NCBI GenBank assembly: GCA_016935555.1
Contig: JAFGQR010000096.1
Location: forward strand, 36,551-100,550
Direction: 5' to 3'
Length of the DNA stretch: 64,000 nt
From: Verrucomicrobiota bacterium
GTDB lineage: Bacteria; Verrucomicrobiota; Verrucomicrobiia; Limisphaerales; JAFGQR01
The translations under genes and the position numbers were made by a program. This document shows, one piece after another, positions 43,882 to 52,300 of the stretch (positions are counted from its first letter, which is position 1; every line of letters begins with the position of its first letter). A model generated the notes under the pieces. The model saw only the letters and a list, made by a program, of their open reading frames with translations, was not told where the DNA came from and did not search any database.

Positions 43882-44244
43882 TGGACGACAATGCGCGCTT
43901 GGAGAGCGCCTGGACTACCCTTGCTCTTGCCCTTGCTCGCCAAGACTGTGCCGATGAAGAGCACGAGCAACAGTGTAAGAGCAAGAGCAAGATGAAGCGT
44001 GCCGGCTCAGGTGGTGGCGACGTCCAGCCCCGCCAACTTCGTCCACCTCCTTGGGCTGGAACACTCGCGGACACATTCGGGGCTTGCGTGGCCCGGCTCG
44101 GTTGTGGCATGGTGCCGCGTGTCTGAACGCGGCCACCACCCGCGCGCCCGCGCGCCGCAGCCCGAACCGGCAACGGCGCAGACGCCGGGCAAGCCCGCCA
44201 TTGCGGGTTGCGATGAGGAGGAATGTGGCCGTGTCGTGCGGGCT

Positions 44245-44320
<76 letters not shown>

Positions 44321-44340
44321 GAAGACCAAGGACTTAGCCC

Positions 44341-44368
44341 GCATTTCTCACCGCCCTGTGAGAAATGC
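44341..44368. repeat. REP-like hairpin, family A
   Basis: GCATTTCTCAC cgccct GTGAGAAATGC: a perfect 11-bp stem 20 nt after the tRNA. Confidence 0.8.
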
Positions 44369-44474
44369 GCCCGAAGGGCCGCAGGGCGGGGCGAACCCCG
44401 CCCGAGCGCCAAAGCACTCTGTTGCGAGCTCAGTCGGCCCATAGAGCGCTGGGCGGCCCGCCCTCCCGGGCGGG

Positions 44475-44514
44475 TGCATTTCTCACCAGGAACCTGGGTA
44501 GAAATGTAGGCTAG
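44475..44514. repeat. REP-like hairpin, family B
   Basis: TGCATTTCTCACCAGGAACCTGGGTAGAAATGTAGGCTAG; the central CCAGGAACCTGG is a palindrome. Confidence 0.75.
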
Positions 44515-44548
44515 AATTGGTTGCCCCGTTTTCAACCATGGGCCAAAA

Positions 44549-44617
44549 GGGTCAGCCCTCGAAATAACACTTTGCTCTTTCACCGGTTTCACTAATTATT
44601 ATTTCGAGGGCTGACCC
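44549..44617. repeat. 19-bp perfect inverted repeat with 31-nt AT-rich loop
   Basis: GGGTCAGCCCTCGAAATAA (44549-44567) / TTATTTCGAGGGCTGACCC (44599-44617). The loop contains TTTCAC-CGG-TTTCAC. Confidence 0.85.
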
Positions 44618-44711
44618 CGCTTGTGGGCGGGCGGAAAATTCCGATTGCGGAAGGACGCGGCGGCGCGGAGATTACGGGCGCAGAATCCGAATTCATGCGC
44701 ATTCGAAGGTG

Positions 44712-47360
44712 ATGTGCGCCAATTCATCCTGGTGGTTGGACAGTGTCTTGCGCCGGTCTGGAGCTGCGGGATGCTGGAGGAGCGGCTGTTGTTTCAGCGT
44801 GCTGGGGTTGTTGGCCAGCCAGACCTTGACCGCCGCCCCGACGATCACCGGGTTCAACCCGTCGCACGGCGCGCCGGGGACCCAGGTCTTGCTCAGCGGC
44901 GCGGGTCTGTCGTCGGCCTCTGCGGTGCTGTTCGACACCAGGCTGGCCGACTTCCAGGTCCTCACCAACGGGCAACTGATCGCCGTCGTGCCGCCTGCCG
45001 CCCTCACCGGGCGCCTTCGGGTCACCAACCCCACCGGCACCGGAGTCAGCGGAACCGACTTTGTGGTGGCGCCGCGGCTCACCGGGTTCAGCCCCGGCCG
45101 CGGCGCCCCGGGCACGGTCGTGACCGTCGAGGGGGCGAACCTGAACGGGATGACCCATGTGCAGTTTGATGGCGTGAGCGCGGCGTTCGCCGTCACGGCC
45201 TCGACCCAAATCCGCGCGGTGGTGCCCGGGGAGGCCGCCAGCGGGCCGATCCGCGTCGCGGGCGCAGCAGGCACGGCCGTGACGACGCAGGCGTTTGGGG
45301 TGACCGGCCCCGAACCGATCGTGGACGGTTTTTCGCCGCCGCTGGGGGCGCCGGGGGCGGAGATTCTGGTTGAAGGCGCGAATTTCACGAATGTGACGGC
45401 GGTGCGGTTCAACGGGGTGGCGGCGGCGGTGTTTTCGGCGCCTGCCTACACCCAGATCCGGGCGGTGGTGCCGGCGGCCACCACGGGCAGAATCACCGTG
45501 AGCACGGCCGCCGGGTCGGGGACGAGCACCAACGATTTTGTGGTGACCACGTTGCCGGTGATCACGGGTTTTGTGCCGGCGCTGGGCAAAGCGGGGCAGA
45601 CTGCGGTGACGATCGAGGGTGTGAATTTCACGGGGCTGGTGGCGCCGGCCGTGTGGTTTCATGGGCAACCCGTGGCGGCGTTTGGCACCCCGGCGCCGAA
45701 CCAGATCCGGGTCACGGTGCCCGCGGGCGCGACCACGGGGCCAATCACGGTGCGCAACGCGGCCGGCTACGGTCAAAGCGCCTCGGATTTCGTCGTCACC
45801 AGCGCGCCGATCGTGGACCGTTTCGAGCCGCCGCTGGGTGCGCCCGGCGCCACGGTGCGTCTGTATGGCGAGAATTTCACGGGCATCAGCCGGGTCACCT
45901 TCAACGGCGTCGAAGCCGGCTTCCTGCCGCCGCCGGCGCCGACCCAGATGGACGCGGCGGTGCCGGCCGGCGCCGCCACCGGCCCGATCGCCGTGCAGAA
46001 CGCCGCCGGCACCGGCACCACCACCAGCAATTTCCTTGTCGTGCCCCCGTTTCCATTCATCACGCGGTTCGCCCCTGCCGGCGGCCCGCGCGGCACCGAG
46101 GTGCTGATTTACGGCGTCCATTTCGGCGCCGCGCCCTTGGTGCGGTTTGACGGCGTATTGGATTCGACCGCCTACGTGGTGGCCGAAGGTGCGGAACAGA
46201 AGATCGTGGCGCACGCTCCCGCGGGGGCGGGCACGGGGCTGGTCACGGTCACGGGCCCGGGAGGCACGAGCACGAACGCGGCGGTTTACTGTTATCCGCC
46301 CTGGCTGTTTGGCTTTGCGCCCACCAACGGACACGTCGGAGACCCCGTGGTGTTGGCGGGCACCAATTTCACCGGCGCCACGCAGGTCTGGTTCAACGAC
46401 GCCCCCGCCCCGTTCACCGCCGAAGCCGGCGCCATCACCGCCTTCGTGCCCGAGCGCGCCCGCAGCGGGCCGGTGACCGTCGCCACCCCGGGCGGATGGA
46501 TCGCCAGCACCAATGCATTCCGGGCGCTGCCGCGTCTGACGAATGTGACGCCGGGATGGGGTGCGACCGGGGCGCTGGTGCGGATTGGAGGCACCTCGCT
46601 GGACAACGTCACTTCGGTGACCTTCAACGGGGTCGAAGCGCCGTTCACCAACATCTCCTTCACCGAGGTGCACGCCGTGGTCCCCGGCGCCGCCGCCACC
46701 GGCCCGTTGCGCGTGGCCACTCCGGACGGTTCGGCCACGGCCTCGACCTTCTTTCTCGTGGTCGGCCCCGGCGACCTGGTTCTGGGGAACACCGCCTCGG
46801 CCGAACGGATCGCCCCGCAGCAGGAGGTGTTCTTCACGCTATCCCTCATCAACCGCGGGCCGTGGACCGTCACCGCCGTCAGCCTGTCCGGACCCCTGCC
46901 GCCCGGGTTCGCCCCCGCCGGCGTCGAGACGGACACGGGGTGCTGCGTGGTGACGAATGGCTGGTTGGAATGCCGTTGGGACCATCTCACAAACCGGGCC
47001 CAGGCCGGCGTCCTCGTGCGCGGCAGCTTCGCCACCGAAGGCTATGCGACGTTCGCCCCCGAACTCGCCGCCGCGGAAGGGGATCCCGACGGTTCGAACA
47101 ACCGCGCCGCCGCCACCGTGGCCGTGGTGACGGATCGGGGGCGCACCCTGCGGATCACCCGCGTGGCAGACGGGGCGGCGGTGTGCCTGGCCTGGCCCAC
47201 GTCTGCCCTCCCCTTCCGGCTTGAGTCCGCAACCGGTCTGGCCGCGACCAACGTCTGGAGCGCGGTGCCGAATGCGCCGGCGCCCTTCGCCGAGGACAAT
47301 GTCGTCACGAACGCGGTGATCGGCCCGTGGCGGCTTTACCGGCTGCACGCTGTGCCGTAG
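44712..47360 (+). CDS. secreted IPT/TIG-repeat protein (8 repeats) with DUF11-like region and C-terminal YRL module
   Basis: Eight repeats of the type I(T/D)GFxPxxGAPGTxVxxxGxNF...AxVPxGAxTGPIxV. Signal-like N-terminus. ATG at 44712; the track start at 44709 is GTG. Confidence 0.85.
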   Translation: MCANSSWWLDSVLRRSGAAGCWRSGCCFSVLGLLASQTLTAAPTITGFNPSHGAPGTQVLLSGAGLSSASAVLFDTRLADFQVLTNGQLIAVVPPAALTGRLRVTNPTGTGVSGTDFVVAPRLTGFSPGRGAPGTVVTVEGANLNGMTHVQFDGVSAAFAVTASTQIRAVVPGEAASGPIRVAGAAGTAVTTQAFGVTGPEPIVDGFSPPLGAPGAEILVEGANFTNVTAVRFNGVAAAVFSAPAYTQIRAVVPAATTGRITVSTAAGSGTSTNDFVVTTLPVITGFVPALGKAGQTAVTIEGVNFTGLVAPAVWFHGQPVAAFGTPAPNQIRVTVPAGATTGPITVRNAAGYGQSASDFVVTSAPIVDRFEPPLGAPGATVRLYGENFTGISRVTFNGVEAGFLPPPAPTQMDAAVPAGAATGPIAVQNAAGTGTTTSNFLVVPPFPFITRFAPAGGPRGTEVLIYGVHFGAAPLVRFDGVLDSTAYVVAEGAEQKIVAHAPAGAGTGLVTVTGPGGTSTNAAVYCYPPWLFGFAPTNGHVGDPVVLAGTNFTGATQVWFNDAPAPFTAEAGAITAFVPERARSGPVTVATPGGWIASTNAFRALPRLTNVTPGWGATGALVRIGGTSLDNVTSVTFNGVEAPFTNISFTEVHAVVPGAAATGPLRVATPDGSATASTFFLVVGPGDLVLGNTASAERIAPQQEVFFTLSLINRGPWTVTAVSLSGPLPPGFAPAGVETDTGCCVVTNGWLECRWDHLTNRAQAGVLVRGSFATEGYATFAPELAAAEGDPDGSNNRAAATVAVVTDRGRTLRITRVADGAAVCLAWPTSALPFRLESATGLAATNVWSAVPNAPAPFAEDNVVTNAVIGPWRLYRLHAVP

Positions 47361-47695
47361 TGCCGCAATTCATCACAGCGCATACGGAGGCGTCATGATC
47401 ACTTTGTCCCCAACGCGTCTGCACGCGCTGGCTACCGCGGCGCGATGCGGAAACGCCGCATGCTGTTCTGCGTGACACAGCCACCCGGCAAGTGAATTGC
47501 ATCAAGACATTTGAAACGGTATTTGGCCGCGTTGGCTGCAGAAGCCGGGGCGCAACCCGAGGCCGGGTTGGCGGTTGTGCCCCGGTCCGCCGCGTGGTCG
47601 TTCGACATCCGGAGCCACCAGGTCAGTCATTTCACTCCACGGGTCGTGCCACAATGACTTGAGCAGGGAAACGTGAAGCAGTATCAGGGCTCGAC

Positions 47696-47763
47696 GGAGT
47701 CTCGCCCTACCGGGAGTCTCGCCCTACCGGGAGTCTCGCCCTACCGGGAGTCTCGCCCTGCCC
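47696..47763. repeat. 17-bp tandem repeat (GGAGTCTCGCCCTACCG) x3 perfect plus 1 degenerate
   Basis: Units at 47696, 47713 and 47730 are identical; the unit at 47747 has two changes. The period is not a multiple of 3, and the array is intergenic. Confidence 0.9.
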
Positions 47764-47895
47764 GGTTTATGGATTTCGAGCGCGGTGAGATGATCCGGGG
47801 TCGCACACATTCGGCTTTCCTTGGGTGGCGGCTGAGGCTTGGATGGCGGGGCGCGGGCGGCGCGGGTGAGCGTGGTGATCAATCCGCATCAACTC

Positions 47896-49263
47896 ATGAG
47901 GCGATTAAGCCAGTCCACCGTGGTGTGGTCATGGATGTTCCACGGGTTGCGCTTGGCGTCGGGGCTGGTGTTGTTGCCGTTGATCGTGCGGTTGCTGAGC
48001 GAATCGGACCTGGGGATGTATTACGTGTTCCTGAGCCTCGCGGCGCTCGTGCCGATCGTGGATTTCGGGTTTTCCGTGAGCATTGGGCGGCATGTGAGTT
48101 ACGCGATGGGGGGTGCGGAGGAGCTGCAGGGATTGGGGTTGAAGGTGACGGAGCAGGCGCGGGGTCCGAACTACGGTTTGCTGCATCAGTTGGTGCGGAG
48201 CACCCACGTGCTGTATGCGATTCTGGCGCTGATCACGCTGGTGCTCGTGGGCGCGTTTGGGACGCTGATGGTGGGGTTGCGGGTGGCGGAGACGGCGTCG
48301 CCCACGCTGACGTGGGTGGCCTGGGGAGTGAGTTTGGTGGCCACGGCATGGGAGGTGTATGCGGGGTGGTGGACGGTGTTCTTGCGGGGCATGGACCAGG
48401 TGCTGTTGAGCATGCGCCTGGCGGTGCTGGCCTACACGGTGAAATTGGGGCTGGCGGCCATCCTGCTGCTCGCCGGGGCCGGTTTGCTCAGCGTGCCGGC
48501 GGCCGCGTTGGTCTCGGGCGTGCTGCAGCGATGGCTGTCGCGGCGGGCGTGTCTGCGGCGGCTGCGGGGTGGCATGCCGGCGGCGGGGGATGGGAATAAG
48601 GGGTTGAGGCGGCTGCTGTCGATTTTGTGGCCGACGAGCTGGCGGACGGGGCTGCAATTTTCGAGCAGCTACCTGGCGACGAGTGCGAACGCGTTGATTT
48701 GTCTGAACGTGTTTGGCCTGGCGGCGAACGCGCAATATGGGTTATCGGTGCACATCCTGCAGTTGGTTCAGGGGATGGCGCTGGTGTGGACGATGGTGAA
48801 GTGGCCACTGGTGGGGCAGTATCGGACGCGGAACGACCTGGCGGGGCTGCGTCGTTTGCTGGCGCCGCGGGTCTGGCTGCAGGCGGTCACGTTTGTGGTG
48901 CTGGCGGTGCCGGCGATTGGGCTGGGGCCGACGCTGCTGGATTGGTTCACGACGGACAAGCAGGTGCTGCCGATGCGCTGGCTCGTGTTGCTGGGCATCG
49001 GGAGCTTCCTCGACATGCAGTTTTCGTTCTGGACCACGCTGCTTTCGATGGAGAACCGGATTCCGTCGCTGTGGCCGACGGTGGCCAGCAATCTGGTGGG
49101 TCTTGGGCTTGTGCTGGCGTTGATCCACCACACCTCCCTGGGCCTGGGCGCATTTATCGTGGGACCGCTGGTGGCGGGCTGTCTGTTCAGTTATTGGTAC
49201 TGGCCGCTGGCGGGTGCGCGAAGCCTCGGCACCACGTGGTGGCGGTTCACGTTCGCGAAATAA
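47896..49263 (+). CDS. polytopic membrane protein, oligosaccharide flippase (MOP/Wzx)-like
   Basis: About 455 aa with roughly 12 hydrophobic segments. The N-terminus RLASGLVLLPLIVRLLSESDLGMYYVFLSLAALVPIVDFGF resembles polysaccharide-biosynthesis/flippase family proteins. Internal ATG at 47896. Confidence 0.65.
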   Translation: MRRLSQSTVVWSWMFHGLRLASGLVLLPLIVRLLSESDLGMYYVFLSLAALVPIVDFGFSVSIGRHVSYAMGGAEELQGLGLKVTEQARGPNYGLLHQLVRSTHVLYAILALITLVLVGAFGTLMVGLRVAETASPTLTWVAWGVSLVATAWEVYAGWWTVFLRGMDQVLLSMRLAVLAYTVKLGLAAILLLAGAGLLSVPAAALVSGVLQRWLSRRACLRRLRGGMPAAGDGNKGLRRLLSILWPTSWRTGLQFSSSYLATSANALICLNVFGLAANAQYGLSVHILQLVQGMALVWTMVKWPLVGQYRTRNDLAGLRRLLAPRVWLQAVTFVVLAVPAIGLGPTLLDWFTTDKQVLPMRWLVLLGIGSFLDMQFSFWTTLLSMENRIPSLWPTVASNLVGLGLVLALIHHTSLGLGAFIVGPLVAGCLFSYWYWPLAGARSLGTTWWRFTFAK

Positions 49264-49293
49264 ACGAAGCCGGGCTTTGGGCCCGGCTTCGTT
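49263..49293. terminator. bidirectional hairpin terminator between convergent genes
   Basis: AACGAAGCCGGGC tttgg GCCCGGCTTCGTT: a perfect 13-bp stem that overlaps the flippase-like stop codon (TAA at 49261-49263) by 1 nt and lies 25 nt from the giant-gene stop. Confidence 0.7.
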
Positions 49294-49317
49294 GCGAGAG
49301 TGTGCGTGTGCGCTGCG

Positions 49318-52300
49318 TTACTGTCTTTGCAGGCGGTAGAAGATGGCGGCACTGGTGGCCGGGATGGCCACTTCATAATGGTCACCCACGAGCGCAGGAG
49401 GCTCGGCCACCTGGCTCCAGGCGATCGGCGCGTTGAGGTTTGAAGCCTGCATGAGTTGATACGCCGTGCAGGTCTTCGGCCATGCGATGACCACGTTGGC
49501 GCCATTCAGGGCGATGCTGAGCCGGGCGCTGACCGGGTCGGTCACCTCGAAGGAGACGTTGCACACGGCGATGTTGCCGCCGACATCCGTTGCGGTGACG
49601 ACGACATTGGTGATGCCCACGCCCACGAGGGTGCCGGCCGGAGGGGTCTGGGTGACGATCGGCACGCCGCAGTTGTCGGTGGCAACGGCGAGCGCGACGA
49701 AGTCAGGCACGGCCACCGTGCAGGTGGCGGGATCCACCGTCACCACTTGCGATGACGGGCAAGTCATCTCGGGCGGCGTGATGTCCTGCACGACGACGGT
49801 GACGGTGCAAGTGGCGGTCAACCCGGTGAGGTCGGTGGCCACCACGTCGACCAGCGTCGTGCTGTTGACGAGCAGCGCGGCCCCGGGCGCCGGGTTTTGG
49901 GTCAGAACGAACGAACTGCAGTCCGTCGCCACCACCAGGAGGGTGTAGTCCGGCAGGGAGGCCTGGCACGCCGCATCCGCCTTGAGGAACTGCGGCTCCG
50001 GACAGAGCGAGAACAACGGCGCGCTCTGGTCGGTGACCGTGACGAGCACGGTGCAGGTGTCCGTCAGGCCGGCGGAGTCGGTGGCGGTGAGCACGACGGG
50101 ATAAACCCCGGCGTTCAATGTGACCCCGGCGGCGGGCATCTGGCTGACCGTGACGCAGCAGCAGTTGTCGGTCGTCATCACGCTGCCGGTCAGGTCAGGC
50201 ATTGAGGCCACGCAGGTGGCCGCATCGAGCGCAAGGGTGAAGTCGACCGGGCAACTGGTGATGACCGGCGGCTCGGGCGTGCCTTCGGCGATGTTGACGG
50301 TCACCTGCTCGACCGCGAGGCCGCCCAGCTGGCCGTCACTGGCCACATAATAGAACTGGTCGGTGCCGCAGCCGTCGCCCGGGGGCGTGTAGGTGACGAC
50401 GCCGCCGGTCATGGTGACCTGGCCCGGGCCGCCCGAGTCGAAGTCCTGCACGTAGGCCACCGTTGTGCCTCCGGCAACCGCGGTGATGGACAGGTCATCC
50501 ACCCAGTGCGTCTGGTTCTGACCGCCCGTGCGCGCGAACAGCCCGAACCGGCCGATGACCGGCAGGTAGGGGGTGGGCACGTCGGCCACGAAGTTGGTCC
50601 CGGCCACCAGCACATCGAGCGTGCCATCGGCGTCCAGGTTGATCGTGATGGGCAGGTAATTCGGATCGTTCCACTTCGGAATGATCACCTGCCCCAGCAA
50701 TGCCCCGCCCCACTTCAGCTTGAACGCAGGCGCATCCGGCCCGGCGGCCGGGTAGTTGTCGACGCACAGCGACAAGCCGGTCCCGACGCCTTCTTCGACA
50801 TCCGGGGCGGTGCCATCGGGCAGGTCGCTGGCGAGGTTGAAGCTGAACCCGTCGGCGGCGTCGCTGGTGCCGTCGCCGATGCGCAGCTTGAAGCTGGCGG
50901 TGAAGGAGTCGATGCCGACGCCGGGGGTCAGCTCGTTGATGACGAACGCGCCGGACTGGCTGTTGACGTTGTCGGTCAGGTGGAGGGCGCCGCTGTCGCC
51001 GACGCCGGTGGTGGTTTTGACGTAGGCGTTGCCGTAGAGGCTGCCGCCCAGCGCGTAACCGCGCGCGGTGTCGACGGTCAGCACGGTGATGGACAGGTCA
51101 TCGAGCCAGTGGGTTTGATATTGCCCGCCGGTGCGCGCGTAGATGCCGAAGCGGCCGGTGGTGGGCACATACGGCAGCATCAACGTGCCGAACACGTTGG
51201 TGCCGTCGATCATGACGGTGAAGGCCCCGTCGGGCGCGAGGGTGATGTTGACGGTGGCGTAGCCGGGGCCGTTCCAGGTGAGCGTTTGCACGCCGGCAAT
51301 GTCGACGTTGCCATACCGCACCTTCATGCCGGAGGTGTTGGCGGTGCCGCCAGTCGGGTAGGTCGCGAACCGGTAGCTGTCGATGCAGAAGCTGATCCCG
51401 CTGCCGCCGCCGTTTTCGGCTGCGGCCGGCGTCGTGGCGCCGATGGGCAGGTCGCTGGCGAAGTTGAAGCTGATGCCGTCGGCGGGTTCGGTGCTGGCGT
51501 CGCCGATGCGCAGCTTGAAGGTGGCGGTGAACCCGGACACGCGTTTGCCCGGGGTCAGCTCATTGAGGATGAGGGACCCGGCCTGGCTGGCCGCGTTGAG
51601 GGTCAGCTTGGCACACCCGCTGTCGCCGGCGCCGCCCACGACATCCATGACGCCGCCGCCGCCCGTGCCGTAGATGCTGGCGCCCGCAGGCACCAAGCCG
51701 TCGTTGAAGTCCGCCGTGAACGTCGTCGGCGGCAGGCCGCTGACGTAGAGCACGCTGAGCGGGTCGCCTTCGGGATCGGTGTCATTAGCCAGCAAGTCCG
51801 CGACGGGGAATGTCAGCGCCGCGTTCTGCGTGGTGTTGAACGTGTCGGCGACGGTGACCGGCAGCGTGTTGCTGACGACGAGCGTCACCGGGTTGCTGGC
51901 TTCGCCGCCGCCGTCGCCGCTGACGGTGACGAAGTAGGTGCCGGAGTTGGCGACCTGGAGGTCGGCGAGGTTGAGGGTGGCGTCGGTGGCGCCGGGGATG
52001 GGTGCGCCATCCTTCCACCACTGGTAGGAGATCGTGCCACTGTCGGGCGGCACGCTGGCCACCACGGAGTAACTGGCGCTCTCATGCAGCGCCTTGACCA
52101 GGTAGGCCGGCTCCGGCTGCACGTCGATCGTCGCCGGCTGCGGGAAGTAGAGGTCGCGGAATGTGGCGACGGTGTTGGAGCTGGTGGTGTGCGAGGTGAC
52201 CGCGAGCCCCACGAGCATCGTCGCCGGGAAGGGCGCGGTGACATTGGTGGCCACGTCGCGCGCGGCCTGCAGCGTCCAATTCACCCCGTCGGTGCTGAAG

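Noticed and set aside
43860-44126. 88-aa ORF (MPCRRRFMDDNARLESAWTTLALALARQDCADEEHEQQCKSKSKMKR...) between the repeats and the tRNA
   Set aside because: It starts inside repeat copy 2 and runs through the CTTGCT hexamer palindrome, which produces the LALALA/KSKSK stretches. There is no SD and no motif, so it is most likely a by-product of the repeats.
44010-44131. 9-bp long-range complementarity GGTGGTGGC / GCCACCACC, hinting at a ~120-nt structured RNA upstream of tRNA-Phe
   Set aside because: A single 9-mer complement within a few hundred bp of G+C-rich sequence is expected fairly often by chance, and no supporting nested stems of convincing length were found.
47673-48599. 308-aa ORF starting upstream of the flippase-like gene and running through the 17-bp tandem repeat
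   Set aside because: It is out of frame with the hydrophobic membrane protein. The 17-bp period breaks any reading frame, and the translation is G/A/R-rich junk.
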